Source of the DNA: Takakia lepidozioides
Taxonomy: Eukaryota > Plantae > Bryophyta
Assembly (NCBI GenBank): GCA_030704615.1
Contig: CM060734.1
Span: forward strand, 25,234,001 to 25,298,000
Length of the DNA: 64,000 bases
Direction: 5' to 3'
Each line of letters opens with the position of its first letter. Within the stretch, counting starts at the first letter, position 1. A model generated the notes under the pieces. That model ran no database searches. It saw only the letters and a program-made list of their open reading frames with translations, and was not told the origin of the DNA. Below, piece after piece: positions 52,020-64,000 of this stretch. A program made the position numbers and the translations under genes.

Positions 52020-55000
52020 ATGACAGAGTGAAGACGAGCCCGGCACGTGGTGTATCATCGACAGCTCCAAGTCATCGCATGTTTGAATCGTCCCAACTTG
52101 GGCGAGAGGGCCAACTTAAATCTTTTGTTGGTGGACGGAGGACTTGCAACGACAGTACGACAGAGTAGGCATATTGGGGAGGTTGGTGCAGGCGGCATGG
52201 CAGGGTGAAGGGCGTGAGGACATGAGGACAGCAGATCCGGCAATGGAGGTTGTTCATGCACATGCAGTAGGCCCGCCCACGCAAAGAAAAGAAGAAAGCT
52301 AAGCACATGCAATCCCCGGCGAGAGAGCCGTCACGGGCTGCGGAGGGGGGAGTGAGCAGTGCGCGCGAGGTGTCAGTTCGCCTCAATCAAAGGTGGTCGT
52401 CCTGGAGGGCTCCCCGCTGCTAGCCCTAGTAGAGAACAGAAAGCCCGTGAGAGGGGCCAAGAGAGGCAAAGAACAGACGAGACAGAATGCTAGCAGGAGG
52501 AAAGAGAAAAGGCCACTGAAGAGATGCCAGGGTGCCAAATGACAGATGCCAATGTAAGCGAGGGACGCACAGAGACGGTGGATCCCTCCAAGACACACAG
52601 AGAGGCAGAGTAAGTAGTAACAACCGGTTAGACCATCGCGGCAAGAGCAGCCCCTGCATACCCATACGTGGAGAGTGGAGGAGAGGAAAGAACACCAGAA
52701 AGAGCACAGATTGTGCAAAGTTTGAGGTGAAGCCAGGGAGAGGCAGTAGAGACGGGGAGAGTGCTGTGGAGGTGGTTTCGCAGGTGGCTGACCTATTGAG
52801 GAGGACGACAGGGAGCTTTCTGACCAGGATGACATCCTCCCGGACATCCCCAGGCCCCAAACCGGAGCATACAGGCTGGATTTGGCGGTCCTGGTGGGCT
52901 GCCGGAAAACCCCTCTGCAGCAGACATCATGTCCGAGGCGGATATGAAGTTGGCCGCTGCCAAGATGTTGGAGGCAACCCACAGCAACATTGGCAGGGTG
53001 CTGGGGGGCATGGTGTGTGTACCGGCAAGCTTCGAATTCCCCTTTCGCTTGTGTCATTGCAGGTGGTGAGACCTGCCCTCCCAGGCGATATCGACAAGCT
53101 GAAATTCTCTTTCCGGGATGGATATCGAATGGGGTTGCCGTTTTACGTTTCATTGAGAACGACCACGGAGCTTCCCGTGCCCACACTCCGATGAGGTGGA
53201 CAAATGGGTCCCCATTGGCAAACGCGAAAAATGAGGGTTCGAGAGATCAATGCTAGTGATCCTCTTTTCCAGCACTTGTCGGTAAGATGTTCTACGTGTG
53301 GGACGGCAAATCATCGCCTCCGGCATGGATGAGCACATTGCCCAAGCCCACCCCAACGACCTCGATTGGCATTTCGCCGTGGATTGTGTTGTGCTGAAGG
53401 TTGCGGGGCCCAAAGATCGCAGTCTTCTCAAAGCTGCAATGGCCGACATCAACTCGTAAGCTACAACGCCTCTCGTTTTGGACTTTGAATTGGAAGTCAT
53501 TCAATTGCAAATCCTCATATATGATGAAAATCCCATTTCAGTATTGTTTGATGAAATGTGGCACTGCAAGTGACTGAGAATGCCTTCATTGCCACCAACT
53601 TGTCCCATATGCTCTTTCGAGTGAAGGATGTCGGGAAGCAGGGGTGCAAGAGTTTGCCAATTCCCTCAGTGCCGACCTCCTGCGCAAGTCGGAGGCAAAG
53701 GCAGACAAAACTTGGTATAGGCTGAGCGTCGACGCCATGGTGGACTACAATTTCGGGTAAAGCTCCTGACAGTTTTTGAGCTAATCTGTCTCTCCTCCCC
53801 CAATAGAAGAATTGTGGTGAGCAGGATCTCTAATCTTATGTGCGCATTCTTGACAGACGAAAATACAGCAGATTTGGCACATGCGCGGAGGTTCTACATG
53901 GAGTCAGAGGAGAAGAATCCAACCCTCCCGGAACTTGAATCGTATGTCAAAGCTGCGGAGTGTGAGGGCCCGATATAAAGTACAAGTCGCGGATGTAAAG
54001 TACGTGGCCATAGCTGATCCCGCCCTTGTGCCGACTTTCTGGTGGAGGTGGGAAGCACTACTCTCGCGCTCTGAAGCCACGATGACATTGGAGAAGCTCC
54101 ATCGTCTAGCCACATCCTGGTGGATGCAAAAGAAAAGGTGATACATTCTAACCAAAATTGTGGTGGAACAACTCCTTTTGGTGGTGTTTGGCGCTTACGA
54201 ATATGCTGGGTGGTTGGACAGACCCGGTGGCTCCAAATCTGGAATGGTTCCCAAAGTACCAGGGATGTGGAGCTTCCCAAAACCGGACAAACTCTTGACC
54301 CCACATTCGACATGTGGATGAACCGCATGACATGGTGGTTTCAGGTACTTCCCCACGCTTCGTTTGGGGCTTCTACTCTAGTAGGGGGTGGATTCATTTG
54401 TATTTTTTCAGGAAAGCGATCTGATGGAGAATCTCCACATGGTGACGACGAATGCGCAAGAGCAGCTGGACACACAAGCACATCAGGTCAAGATGGAGAT
54501 ATCTTGCAGCAAAGAGCCTACGTGACTATGTGATGAGGTACTTTCTGCTTCTACAAAACCAACCTATTCTTTCGGGAGATAGCAGATGCTCGCTGGAGCC
54601 ACAAGTTCACGACAGCCGAACGCGGACAAAGCAGCAATGCGCCTTCTGTACAGGTACATACGCGCTGCCTTTCTTTCAAGTCCTTGCATTTCAGGATGTT
54701 AGAAGCCTCATGTTGGTGTTAGGGAAAATGGCGCCGAATTTCCAGTCAGGGCTCCGAAAATGGCTAAGTCCGTAGATTGGCTGGCCCTGAACTGGAAATT
54801 CGGCGCCATTTTCCAATTCTAGGCCCTATTGCCGTTCAGGGACTTAGCCATTTTCGGGCTAAGTCCCTAGGGTGGCTGGCCCCGAAGTGGAAATTCGGCG
54901 CCATTTTCCAGTTGTAGGCCCTATTGCCGTTCAGGGACTTAGCCATTTTCGGGCTAAGTCCCTAGATTGGCTGGCCCTGAACTGGAAATTCGGTGCCATT

Positions 55001-57880
55001 TTCCAGTTCCAGGCCCTATTGCCGTTCAGGGACTTAGCCATTTTCGGGCTAAGTCCCTAGGGTGGCTGGCCCCGAAGTGGAAATTCGGCGCCATTTTCCA
55101 GTTGTAGGCCCTATTGCCGTTCAGGGACTTAGCCATTTTCGGGCTAAGTCCCTAGACTGGCTGGCCCTGAACTGGAAATTCGGCGCATTTTCCAGTTCCA
55201 GGCCCTATTGCCGTTCAGGGACTTAGCCATTTTCGGGCTAAGTCCCTAGGGTGGCTGGCCCTGAACTGGAAATTCGGCGCCATTTTTCCAGTTCTAGGCC
55301 CTATTGCGGTTCTGGGACTTAGCCATCTTCGGGCCAAACCGGGAAAAATGGCGCCGAATTTCCAGTTCAGGGCTCCCAAGATGGCTAAGTCCCTAGGGTG
55401 GCAGTCACCAAAAACCGAAATTCGGCGCCATTTTTCCATTTCTAGGCCCACTCACATCCGCCCCAACCTGGGAAAATGGTGTCGAATATGCATTTCAGGG
55501 ACCTCATTGTGTTTTTCATGAATGCAGGTACTGCAAGTTCTCCCTTTTGGAGAAAGGTCATCTGTCTTTCGAGCCACCATTCTTCCTGGCATGGAGGAAC
55601 CCTGGGGCTGACTCCATGTACACTGACGATATTGTGAAGGAGTGGCATCTGGAACATTTGCGTGATTGCCCTTGGTATGTGGACCTTCCACCTGGCTCGC
55701 TCGACCCATCCGAGTTTCAATTGAAGCTGGATGCTGAATTCTGACGAAACCGGGCTCCGCTGCCTCCGTTGGGTGCAAAAGAGGCAAAAGCGCTTGCAAA
55801 CTCCAGGAAAGCGGCAGAGCTTGCTCAGGCAGGAATTCAGGAGAAATTGCATGAGAAGAGTAAAGGCCAAAGGAAAAGGACAAGGAAACAGGTGAGTGCA
55901 GTAACACCCAAAAAGAAGAAAACCATCGGGCATCGGAGGAGGCGCAGGAGGGGACCCAAGAGAGTGACTCGGACGACGACTTTGTTCAAGGTCCTGCAAC
56001 TGCTGTTGCTCCTACCCAGTCACCGGTCGTCCGGGTTCCCAAGTCAGTTCGGAGTGGGACTGGCTCTGCCAAGAAGTTGGCATTTGAGGGCGAGCCTACA
56101 CGGCGGTATTCGGCGGTGACGTTTACGCACAGGCAAAAGCTAGAACCTCCAACCATCATCCAATGCGTCAATGAGAGCTTCCTTGACGCTCTCGCTGCCA
56201 GGGCGAAGGAAGGTGGCACACAACAAGTCTCTGGCGGAGCAGAAGGGGAAAGCCAAGAAGAGGGCTGCCGGTACAGAGCCTAAAGACACCCCTGGTTTTG
56301 AAGCCATGATGGAATTCTTCACGGCTGTGAGCACGAATTGCAAGAGCACTCGGGGGGGGGGGGGGGGTTGAGGTGGAGAGAGCTTGCGACATGATTCTCC
56401 TTGACACTCTAGATGGGGAGCTGCTGGAGGGCCTGGATGGTGTACCCACCTGGAACAGGTTTACTGAGGACTACTGGAAAGCCGGGTTTGGGCTGGCGGG
56501 GATGCTTCTGGATGACGGTGGATGTGTGGTTGTCCTTGCCACGAGAGGGAAGACCACAGAGAATGCGGTGGCAAGGTGGACACCGAAAAGTGTCACCCCG
56601 GTCCTCCTCAGAAAATGGTTCTGCATCAGTACACAGGGGTGCAAACAGAGGGCCAAAGTGTAAGTTATCAATCTATTGCATTCACTTCATATTGTGGTGT
56701 ATGTTAAGTAGACCCTGGAGTTGATCCCTTCTTTGTTGGATGTGCAAACATTGGTGTTTGAGGCATATTGCTTTGTGAAGAGAGGGTCTACGTTCAAATT
56801 CCGCAACGACGGTCGTCTTGTTGATGCCGCTGTGGACCCTGTAACCTACGATGTCCTCTACAACTATGTGCCCCACTCCAGTATGCCGAAGGACACAAAG
56901 ACAGGCAAACCGTGGCGGTACAGCCGGACCCAGAGCCCTGCTTTCATCCAAACCCTCATGGAGACGTGCTCGGATGTCCAAGGGCGGATTCTGGACCTCA
57001 CATGCGGCATGGGTAAGCCTTCACGTGCTCAGTTTGTCCCCTGGCCCGATTGCAATTGCATGCCGCAAGCTATTAACCGCCCGCTTTGTTCCTCAGGTGC
57101 TTCAATGTGGGCAGGGACGTTGTCTGACAGGCATGTGTTCGCCTTCGAGCCAGATACTGCCCTCCACAACTCGGAACTTGCAGTGAACGTCTGCCGAAAG
57201 AGGAAGAGGCATCCTCGGAGGATGAGGAAAAATCCGAGAAGGAGCAGGGGGAGGAAGTTGGGATCGAGGCCGAGGAGCCCCCGAGTTACGAGTGAGTGGT
57301 GGCATTGTAAGTTGCCTCCAGATTTCGTGAGGCACCTCCTTCCGCTCTCTTATTTCATTGAAAACCCTTTCTGGTTGTGCTGGTATTGACATTCTTGAAG
57401 TGGATTTGTTCTTATTGTAGGATGCCAAGTACTGCCGGAGGGACGTCTACACCGGAGTTCATGGGCAGGAGGAACGTGCCTTTTTTTGCCAGGGGGGATT
57501 TCATGCCTAGTCCAGAAAGGGAGTACATCCTTCCTACTTATGCTGCCCGGCTTGCTTCGGTGTCCATTAGGAGGTGTTCCGAACGTAGTCGTGTACAGCA
57601 GATTTTAGACGAGGCAAGCCTCAAGAAAATGAAGATGAGGGAGGAGGCAGCAGCTATTAGAGCCCGTCGGGCTCGTAGATTTGTGTTGGATTCTGCTGAG
57701 GAAAGTGGGGGAGAAGAGGCAGAAGATTCCCAGGAGGTGAGGTGGACAGTCCCCCAAGGAGAGGACGGGATTTTTGAGAGGCATAGTGGAACTGATGCAT
57801 CACAGAGCTCGGAGGATGAGGGGGATGAGGGGGATGAGGAAGAAGGTGGGGCAAGTTCCTCGGAGGGTGTAGGAGAGTAG
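52020..57880 (+). CDS. Second, diverged ParB/Srx + amino-MTase-like gene (element 2), frameshifted
   Basis: VVRPALPGDIDKLKFSFRDGYRMG, KMFYVWDG(N)HR, LRDCPWYVDLPP, ACDMILLDTLDG...PTWNRFTEDYW...LLDDGGCVVVL, PWRYSRTQSPAFIQTLMETCSDVQGRILDLTCGMGASMWAGTLSDRHVFAFEPD. Several intron positions are shared with the 41942-47573 gene. The start is approximate. Confidence 0.78.
54654..55527. repeat. Intronic 95-bp tandem repeat (6 units plus inverted flanking copies) with two palindromes per unit
   Basis: GGAAATTCGGCGCCATTTTCC at 54794, 54889, 54984, 55079, 55174 and 55268. Each unit also has the hairpin GGGACTTAGCC-ATTTTCG-GGCTAAGTCCC. Inverted copies at ~54723 and ~55342. Confidence 0.95.
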
Positions 57881-58346
57881 TGCCCATTCCGGCTATGACA
57901 GTTACAACACACTTGTATAGCCGTGGCTTGCCACAAAATTTGCAATAAAATGTTGCATTTCAAGTCCACTGGTGCCACATTCCAACTTCACATGACCCTA
58001 TTTCCGTGCCTCCTAACCCTATTTCCGTGGACTCACAATGGTCTGCTCATGTTTTTTTTTTTTTCCGCTCATGCTCATGCCGCTCATGAAATAGCAGCCC
58101 CCCATGTAACTTACCCTCAAATATATATATATATATTAGGAATTTTTCAGACCCTTTCAATATACATAGTCTGTATGTGGGGGTATTTAATTAACCCCCT
58201 TCTGTTCATGCACGTGATAGGTACATTAACCCTTGGTGCACCCCCCGGGCACCATCGTGCACACCTTCATGCCCCGATTCTAGGTCTTGAATGCCTGTCT
58301 GCCCCTATCACACCAGCTCCGCTCGTCATCTCATGATCAGACTCGA

Positions 58347-59422
58347 CACTATAAGAAAACAAACATAGCTTTGTCTTGTTTGTCTCTCACGATCAAACTC
58401 GACACAAAGAAAACAAACAGATGCAACAGTGGCAGGGAAGACAAAAAAAACGCTAAGTCCCCTCTACTCATGACTGGATGGATGAATGTAGCGATACATG
58501 GATGGATTTTGGGTTTTCCATCAACACACAAACCACTAAAGTTTTTCATGTATCACCACAGAAGTAATATCAATCACTGGTGTGTATGTAATCACTCATG
58601 CGTAACCACTGGCCGAGTGGTTCCAGTTACTAAATGGTCTGTAACCACTCACTCTACACCACTCTCAAAGTGGTACCAATCAATGGGGGTCTTTAACCAC
58701 TCCAGATCTACGTATATTGTCCCCGTCCACGTGAAATAATATAGTTCATAATTAAAATATATTTCGAAATGATAAATCTTAAATAAAATTTGAATTATTA
58801 CACGTGGAGTAGCAAGTGGTTTCAATCACCTCCCATCACTCAGGTGTCTTCAACCATTCATAACCCACCACAGAAGTGGTACCAATCACTCACGTGTATG
58901 TAACCACTCACAAATGCCCACTTGAAGAGTGGTTCCAGTTACAAAAGGGTCTTAACCACTCACATTCCACCACTGTGCAAGTGGTACCAATCACTGGGGG
59001 GTCTTTAACCACTCCAGATCTACGTATACTATCCTCGTCCACGTGGAATAATATATTTTGAAATGATAAAAATCTAAAAAAATAATTATTACACGTGGAG
59101 TAGAAAGTGGTTTCAACCACTTCCCATCACTGAGGTGTTTTTAACCACTCATAATTTATCACTGTACCTGTCCATGTCGGATATTATCATTATTAATATA
59201 AATATTTGACCAAATGTCGAATAATAAATATAAAATTAAATATTACACGTGGATTACTTAGTGGTTGAAACCACTTCCAACCACTCCATATGATGCCACC
59301 GTGGCATTTCATCGGAATTAACCACTGGCCAGTGGTTACCATTACTTGGAGTGATTTATAGAGTGGTAAAAGACAATAGTGGTTAAGGGGGCCAATGGTT
59401 ATTCCGCGTTTTCCTTCTAGTG
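58347..59422. mobile_element. CACTA-like terminus with ACCACT/AGTGGT subterminal repeats
   Basis: Right end ...TTTTCCTTCTAGTG (59409-59422) and candidate left end CACTATAAGAAAA (58347). Dense direct and inverted ACCACT repeats lie between. The flanking 3-mers (CGA/AAT) do not match, so the left end is uncertain. Confidence 0.6.
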
Positions 59423-60119
59423 AATGAAAGTCCTACCAGTTTGGGTTGCCTAAAATTGAGTGCGGTGGCGCACTCAGTTTTAGGCTCAAAAATTAAGCAT
59501 AACAATGTGGGAGAGGAAGTGACAGAGGAGCAATTGAGTGCGTATGGATGGAGTCCATGAAATGTATATGATAGGACGGAGGGATCTGTTGAAAGGGGTC
59601 CAGAAATTGACTAGAAGCCCTCAACGACCCTGGGCGGCTAGGGCTCATCTACTGGGGTATCGTCAGACACCTCGCCTCAAAATTCAATGGTCTCCACTCC
59701 CTTCATATTCTCCATCCACAGTCATGCCGTCACTCCCCAACCGCACGTTCTTTGCTCATCTTGCGGCAAATGCGTATTAGCCTACAAACAGACCTGCCAG
59801 GTTATCCTAACACGGTGTCTCCATTAGAAGCCACCGGGATCTCAAGCCCTTTCCTCCCCCAATTTGAAGCATCTCACCCCCGCTAGAAAACACCCATCCT
59901 CAACTACTTCAAGGCACGACATATCACTAACCTCACCCAACTCGCCACTGCCACCGGTACCAAGCTAATAACCCCCGTGAATACACTCTGAAATACTCAA
60001 GAGCCACTACTATGACCTGCTGGTTCCTCCTATACCTCCGTACCTTATTTTGGGGGATTGCTATTCTGTGAGCAGAACCCGTGAGCAGAAAATTTCGTGA
60101 GCAGAATTCTGCTCACGCT

Positions 60120-60850
60120 TGAGGATCTGGTCACCTATAACCGTTGACACCAGTTCGGCTTAGAGGACCTATTACTGCGGACAGTGGCCAGTATAAAATG
60201 CATACTGACAAGCTCGTTATGGATGAACGATGGATGAATGGTGGATGAATGTCAGTTGGACGAATGGCACATGGATGAATGCAGTAAGTGGATGAATGAA
60301 AAAATACAAAGCAGTTTTTTAGTAGTGGTTGCCAAATCCCCCGAGCTCCAGAGTGAACCTCTGCCAGTCTTGCTAGTGTTGCTTGCAAACGAACTATGAA
60401 AGTGCAGTTTGTATGTTCTGCATTGTCGAGACTCAATTACCACTGTTCATAGCAGGAAACATTTGTTCAGCATGCTAAAAAGTGTCATTCATGATGCTGC
60501 AGTCTGTATGTTTTGGCCAGCTTACATACCAAGGCATAACCACCCATCCTATTGTATTGTTGGCCCACAAACTAGTTTAGTTTTGGGTTCTTTGTATCAC
60601 TCCATACCAAAGTGACTGAGCAGTAAGAATCCATGTCCAAATAAGGAACCATTGATCACTATTGTCGTGCGCATACATATCGCTACACAACTACATCGCT
60701 GTTCAAAACCACACAACACATGTGCACGCCACACACTAGTATACCACTAGTCCACCACTAGTCCAGCCACTAGTCCAACCACTAGGCTACAACTAGTCAG
60801 TCATTAGGCTGCCACTATGCTGCCCACTATGGCAGTCACTAGTCCACACA
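60120..60850 (-). repeat. 3' LTR of the Gypsy element
   Basis: TG...CA boundaries (TGAGGA / TCCACACA). A polypurine tract AGGGGGG on the minus strand at 60855-60861 lies immediately before it, downstream of the integrase-PHD region. Confidence 0.7.
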
Positions 60851-61110
60851 ATCGCCCCCCTAGCTGGTGCTTAGGTCCCTCTAAGTCCAGGTAGCCACAA
60901 GATGTGATAGTGACCATAGCCTCACTAAGTCCTCCACCACTATCCCCACTACACTCAAACTGGATAGATCAAGAGGCCGGGTGCAAGAGTTGCCCCATCG
61001 TTAGTCGCCGTCTTGCAACCTGTGAACTTGAGCATGGGATCTCGTGTATTGACTCCTATGAGCTCGGCCTCCTATGTCTTGTTAGCTGCCTCTAGTCATG
61101 TCCACTGCCA

Positions 61111-62296
61111 CTATCCCAAGCAGTGTGGACATAACCAATCTCCATCAGGAACCCTCTCAAGAGGTGGTGTCAAGCATCCCATATGCCAACCTCTTGAGCA
61201 TCGATCATACACCAGTATGGTGGCTGCCTCTTTGGCAGACCCACAGAGCATGCACCTCAAACCTGCAGGTACCACTGCCAACTTTGGGTCAACTCTGCCA
61301 TCGACATTGGGAAGGTGACATGGTGCACAATTACGCACATGGTCTTTCCAAGTCATGCCATCCCGACCCTCCAAGATCAGGACTCCTGAGGGCAACACCT
61401 CTCGAACCCTCAGAATAACACGCCCTGCAGTGACATCTAGGGTCGTAGGAGCAGTCTGCTACAAATAAACATAGGCACCCGGGCTAAACCGCCGAACCCC
61501 AGGATGATATCCTCGACCACGTATAGTGGCATACCTCAACATATCACGGTGTTATGCAATGGCAAGGTTCTCAAAAGCCATGGGCATGACTTTCTTGAAC
61601 AACTCTGCACGCTGATCACATGCACGTACCCACACGTTCGGATCGTCAAGGTTAAGGACTTGAGCAGTGTCCCTACGAATGGCTGCATGCAAATCCGGCT
61701 CTCGGCCAAAGAGAAGGAAATATGGTGAGAAGGAGGCAAGTGATGCTTGTTTGCTGAACCTTTAGCCCATGGCTAACCAAGGCACCTGAAGATCCCAATC
61801 TCCTAGGTGTCATTTCTGCAAGCCATACTTGCGCAAACCCCTCTTCACCGTCTGAACAACTCGCTCTGCCAAGCCATCGGCCTCAGGATGATCCCGAGAA
61901 GTGGTGCGGTGGTCTATCAAGGCTTTATCACACCAAGCCTGAAACTCCCCTAAGAACTCTCTCCCTTGGTCCGTGAGTACCTCAGCTGGAGCACCGAATC
62001 GGCTAAGCACACGATCCAAGAATGCATACTCAGCCCCCTCACTAGCCTTGTCAGGCAATGGAACCAACTCAATCCACTTGGAGAAGTGCTCCACCATCAC
62101 CAACACATATATGTGGTGACGCATAGTCAGTGGCAACGGTCCTGCGAAGTCAAGACTCCACCTGTAGCCCAATCCCATGATTGGTAAAGGATGCAACTGT
62201 GGTGTAGGGGCATTGAATGAAGCACGCACCCTGTCACACACCATGCACCTAGCCACGAATTGTTGCACCTCTGTATGCATACCACGCCACCAATAG
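61111..62296 (-). mobile_element. Ty3/Gypsy integrase with C-terminal PHD finger, truncated and degenerate
   Basis: YWWRGM..V..FVARCMVC zinc half-site. WSLDFAGP, LTDQGREF and DGLAER catalytic core. CMLC...(C>Y)DRCSRGWHMGCLTPPL..VPDGDWLCPHC is a C4HC3 PHD. Confidence 0.9.
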
Positions 62297-64000
62297 ATTA
62301 CCGCACTACACCAGAGGAACTAAGGACATCAAAGGGTGTGGAAGCAGCAATAAAAAAGGAGTTTGAAATGCAAAGAACCAAGTTGATGTCCGCCTTCGGA
62401 AAGCAGCTTAGAATAGTAGATCCTGGACTTGGTTCTGAGTTCTTTCAGCAGATCAAATCTCACTATGACAAGCATGTGCATCCGAAGATGCAGCAGGAGA
62501 AATTGCACCGGCTGGCCATATCCATGGTCGACCCACAAACAAAAATAAGGTGGCTGGAGATATGGAACTCAGATCAGACAGTAAAGGACTTGAATTAGTT
62601 CCCAAAGAGCACCATACAGCCTGGCACAAAGGTGGAAGGAATCAGTGATTTGGTGTTTGATAACTGGTTCCACAAGGCTACATTTTGGAGTCAGGTGTGT
62701 ATTCAAATAAGCCGTTTTCTTTTCTTCAATTATATGATGAGTATCTTATTTGCAATACTGACAAATATACAATTTGCAGCTCGAAAAGCGCGTCGTCATT
62801 GTGCTGGATCAGACTTTGAAGGACTTGAACATTTCGATTGTTTCCCCTCCCCAAATGTCATTGGAGGCATACATAAGGAAGTGGAGAGGTCTCACCTGGA
62901 GATACTATTTTTTCCGGGAGTTCTCCAAAGATGGTAACATTTTACGGTCCAACAACTTTGACAGTCAGGTTGGAGGAGAGTGGGCCATGATGCAAGTTGT
63001 GTACAGGTGCAATATCATACTGGAAACTCTACTGCACTTTTTGGGAAATAATTAGGCTTCATAAGGATTGTAATCATAGATCCAAATTGAATGTCGTTGA
63101 CGACATTCACTTCTTTGTCTGAGTCATTCTTAAGCGAGAATTTGAATTCACCTGGATTAGGAGCTTAGGGTGTATTTATAGTGTCCCTGATTAGAATTGA
63201 TAATGTCCCTGAATGGCATTGACGACATTCACATCCACAGTTGTTAAGAGGTCCTCAGAGATATGTAAGTTTTTGTAATGTCCATAGAGTTTATAGTGAG
63301 GGTTCCTCACTCCAGTTTGCTGAATGTCAATGTAGACATTTAGTTGTTCTGCAATGCTTTTGCCTCTTGAATCTTGAGGCTTGATTAGCTGTGTTATCAG
63401 AGATCCAAAGTGAATGTCATTGACGACATTCACTTCTATGTCTATGTCATTCACAGGCGACAATTTGAATTTACATGGATTAGGAGCTTAGGGTGTATTT
63501 ATTGGTTCCTTGTTCGGAATTTTGTGAATGGCGTTGACGCCATTCACATCCAGTGTTATTATGAGGTCCTCAGTGTTATGTATGTTTTGAATGTCCATTG
63601 AGTTTTTAGGGAGGGTTCCTTACTCGAGTTTCTGAATGTCGTTGCCGACATTCAGTTTCCATCCAATGATTTTGCCTTTTTTGAGAAATCATTAGGCTTG
63701 ATTAGCAGTGTATTCACAAATCCAAAGTGAATGATGTTGACGACATTCACTTCTATGTCTGCGTCATTCCAAAGCGAGAGTTTGCATGCACGTGGATTAG
63801 GGTGTATTTGCAGTATCATTGAATGGAATTTTTTGAATGGCGTTGACGACATTCACATCCAGAGCTGTCGCGTGGTCTTGAGAGCTCCTTGGAGCAGTTC
63901 TCAGAGCCATTTCATTCCTTGTTTTTTTCATTCTGTGCTACTTGCATCTTACTCACTTCGCGCTTTGGTGGGTTGGGTTTTATCTCCTGTTTAACAGATA
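62297..64000 (+). pseudogene. Partial close paralogue of the element-1 ParB-MTase gene (exons 4-5 and the palindrome intron)
   Basis: Near-identical to 43720-45372, with a CAG>TAG stop at 62596-98. Intron 63007-63997 holds eight palindromes (63089, 63211, 63322, 63412, 63526, 63634, 63729, 63835). Confidence 0.92.

Noticed and set aside
58347-59422. CACTA end as the terminus of MULE element 2
   Set aside because: The superfamily signature does not match the transposase, and no TSD or partner end is visible.

Overview
Repeat-rich eukaryotic nuclear DNA with short GT-AG introns, most likely from an early-diverging land plant (bryophyte/hornwort-like; inference). There is a 500-N gap at 48195-48694. 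The only recognisable host gene is a frameshifted purple acid phosphatase (PAP15/phytase-type, minus strand, ~10.8-14.7 kb). The rest is mobile or derived DNA: three TA-target MITEs, a nested TTAA piggyBac-like element, a tRNA-derived SINE, a degraded mitochondrial-like insert, a scrambled dual-endonuclease (Dualen/RandI-type) LINE, a satellite block, a CACTA-like end, and a PHD-bearing Gypsy remnant with its LTR. The most interesting content is two diverged Mutator-like (MULE) elements plus a partial third copy. In each full element a GCM-like/DDE/SWIM transposase sits head-to-head with a multi-exon gene encoding a ParB/Srx-like domain fused to a bacterial-type beta-class amino-DNA-methyltransferase fold. 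Each element carries its own palindromic motif in regularly spaced arrays: GAATGTCGTTGACGACATTC in element 1 and GGAAATTCGGCGCCGAATTTCC in element 2. In both, one array lies in the same homologous intron of the ParB-MTase gene. This looks like a transposon-encoded protein plus cognate-site system, ParB/parS-like or analogous to VANDAL/VANC anti-silencing. Its function is inferred, not shown. Many ORFs have single-base frameshifts, often in homopolymers, which may be long-read consensus errors rather than real lesions.
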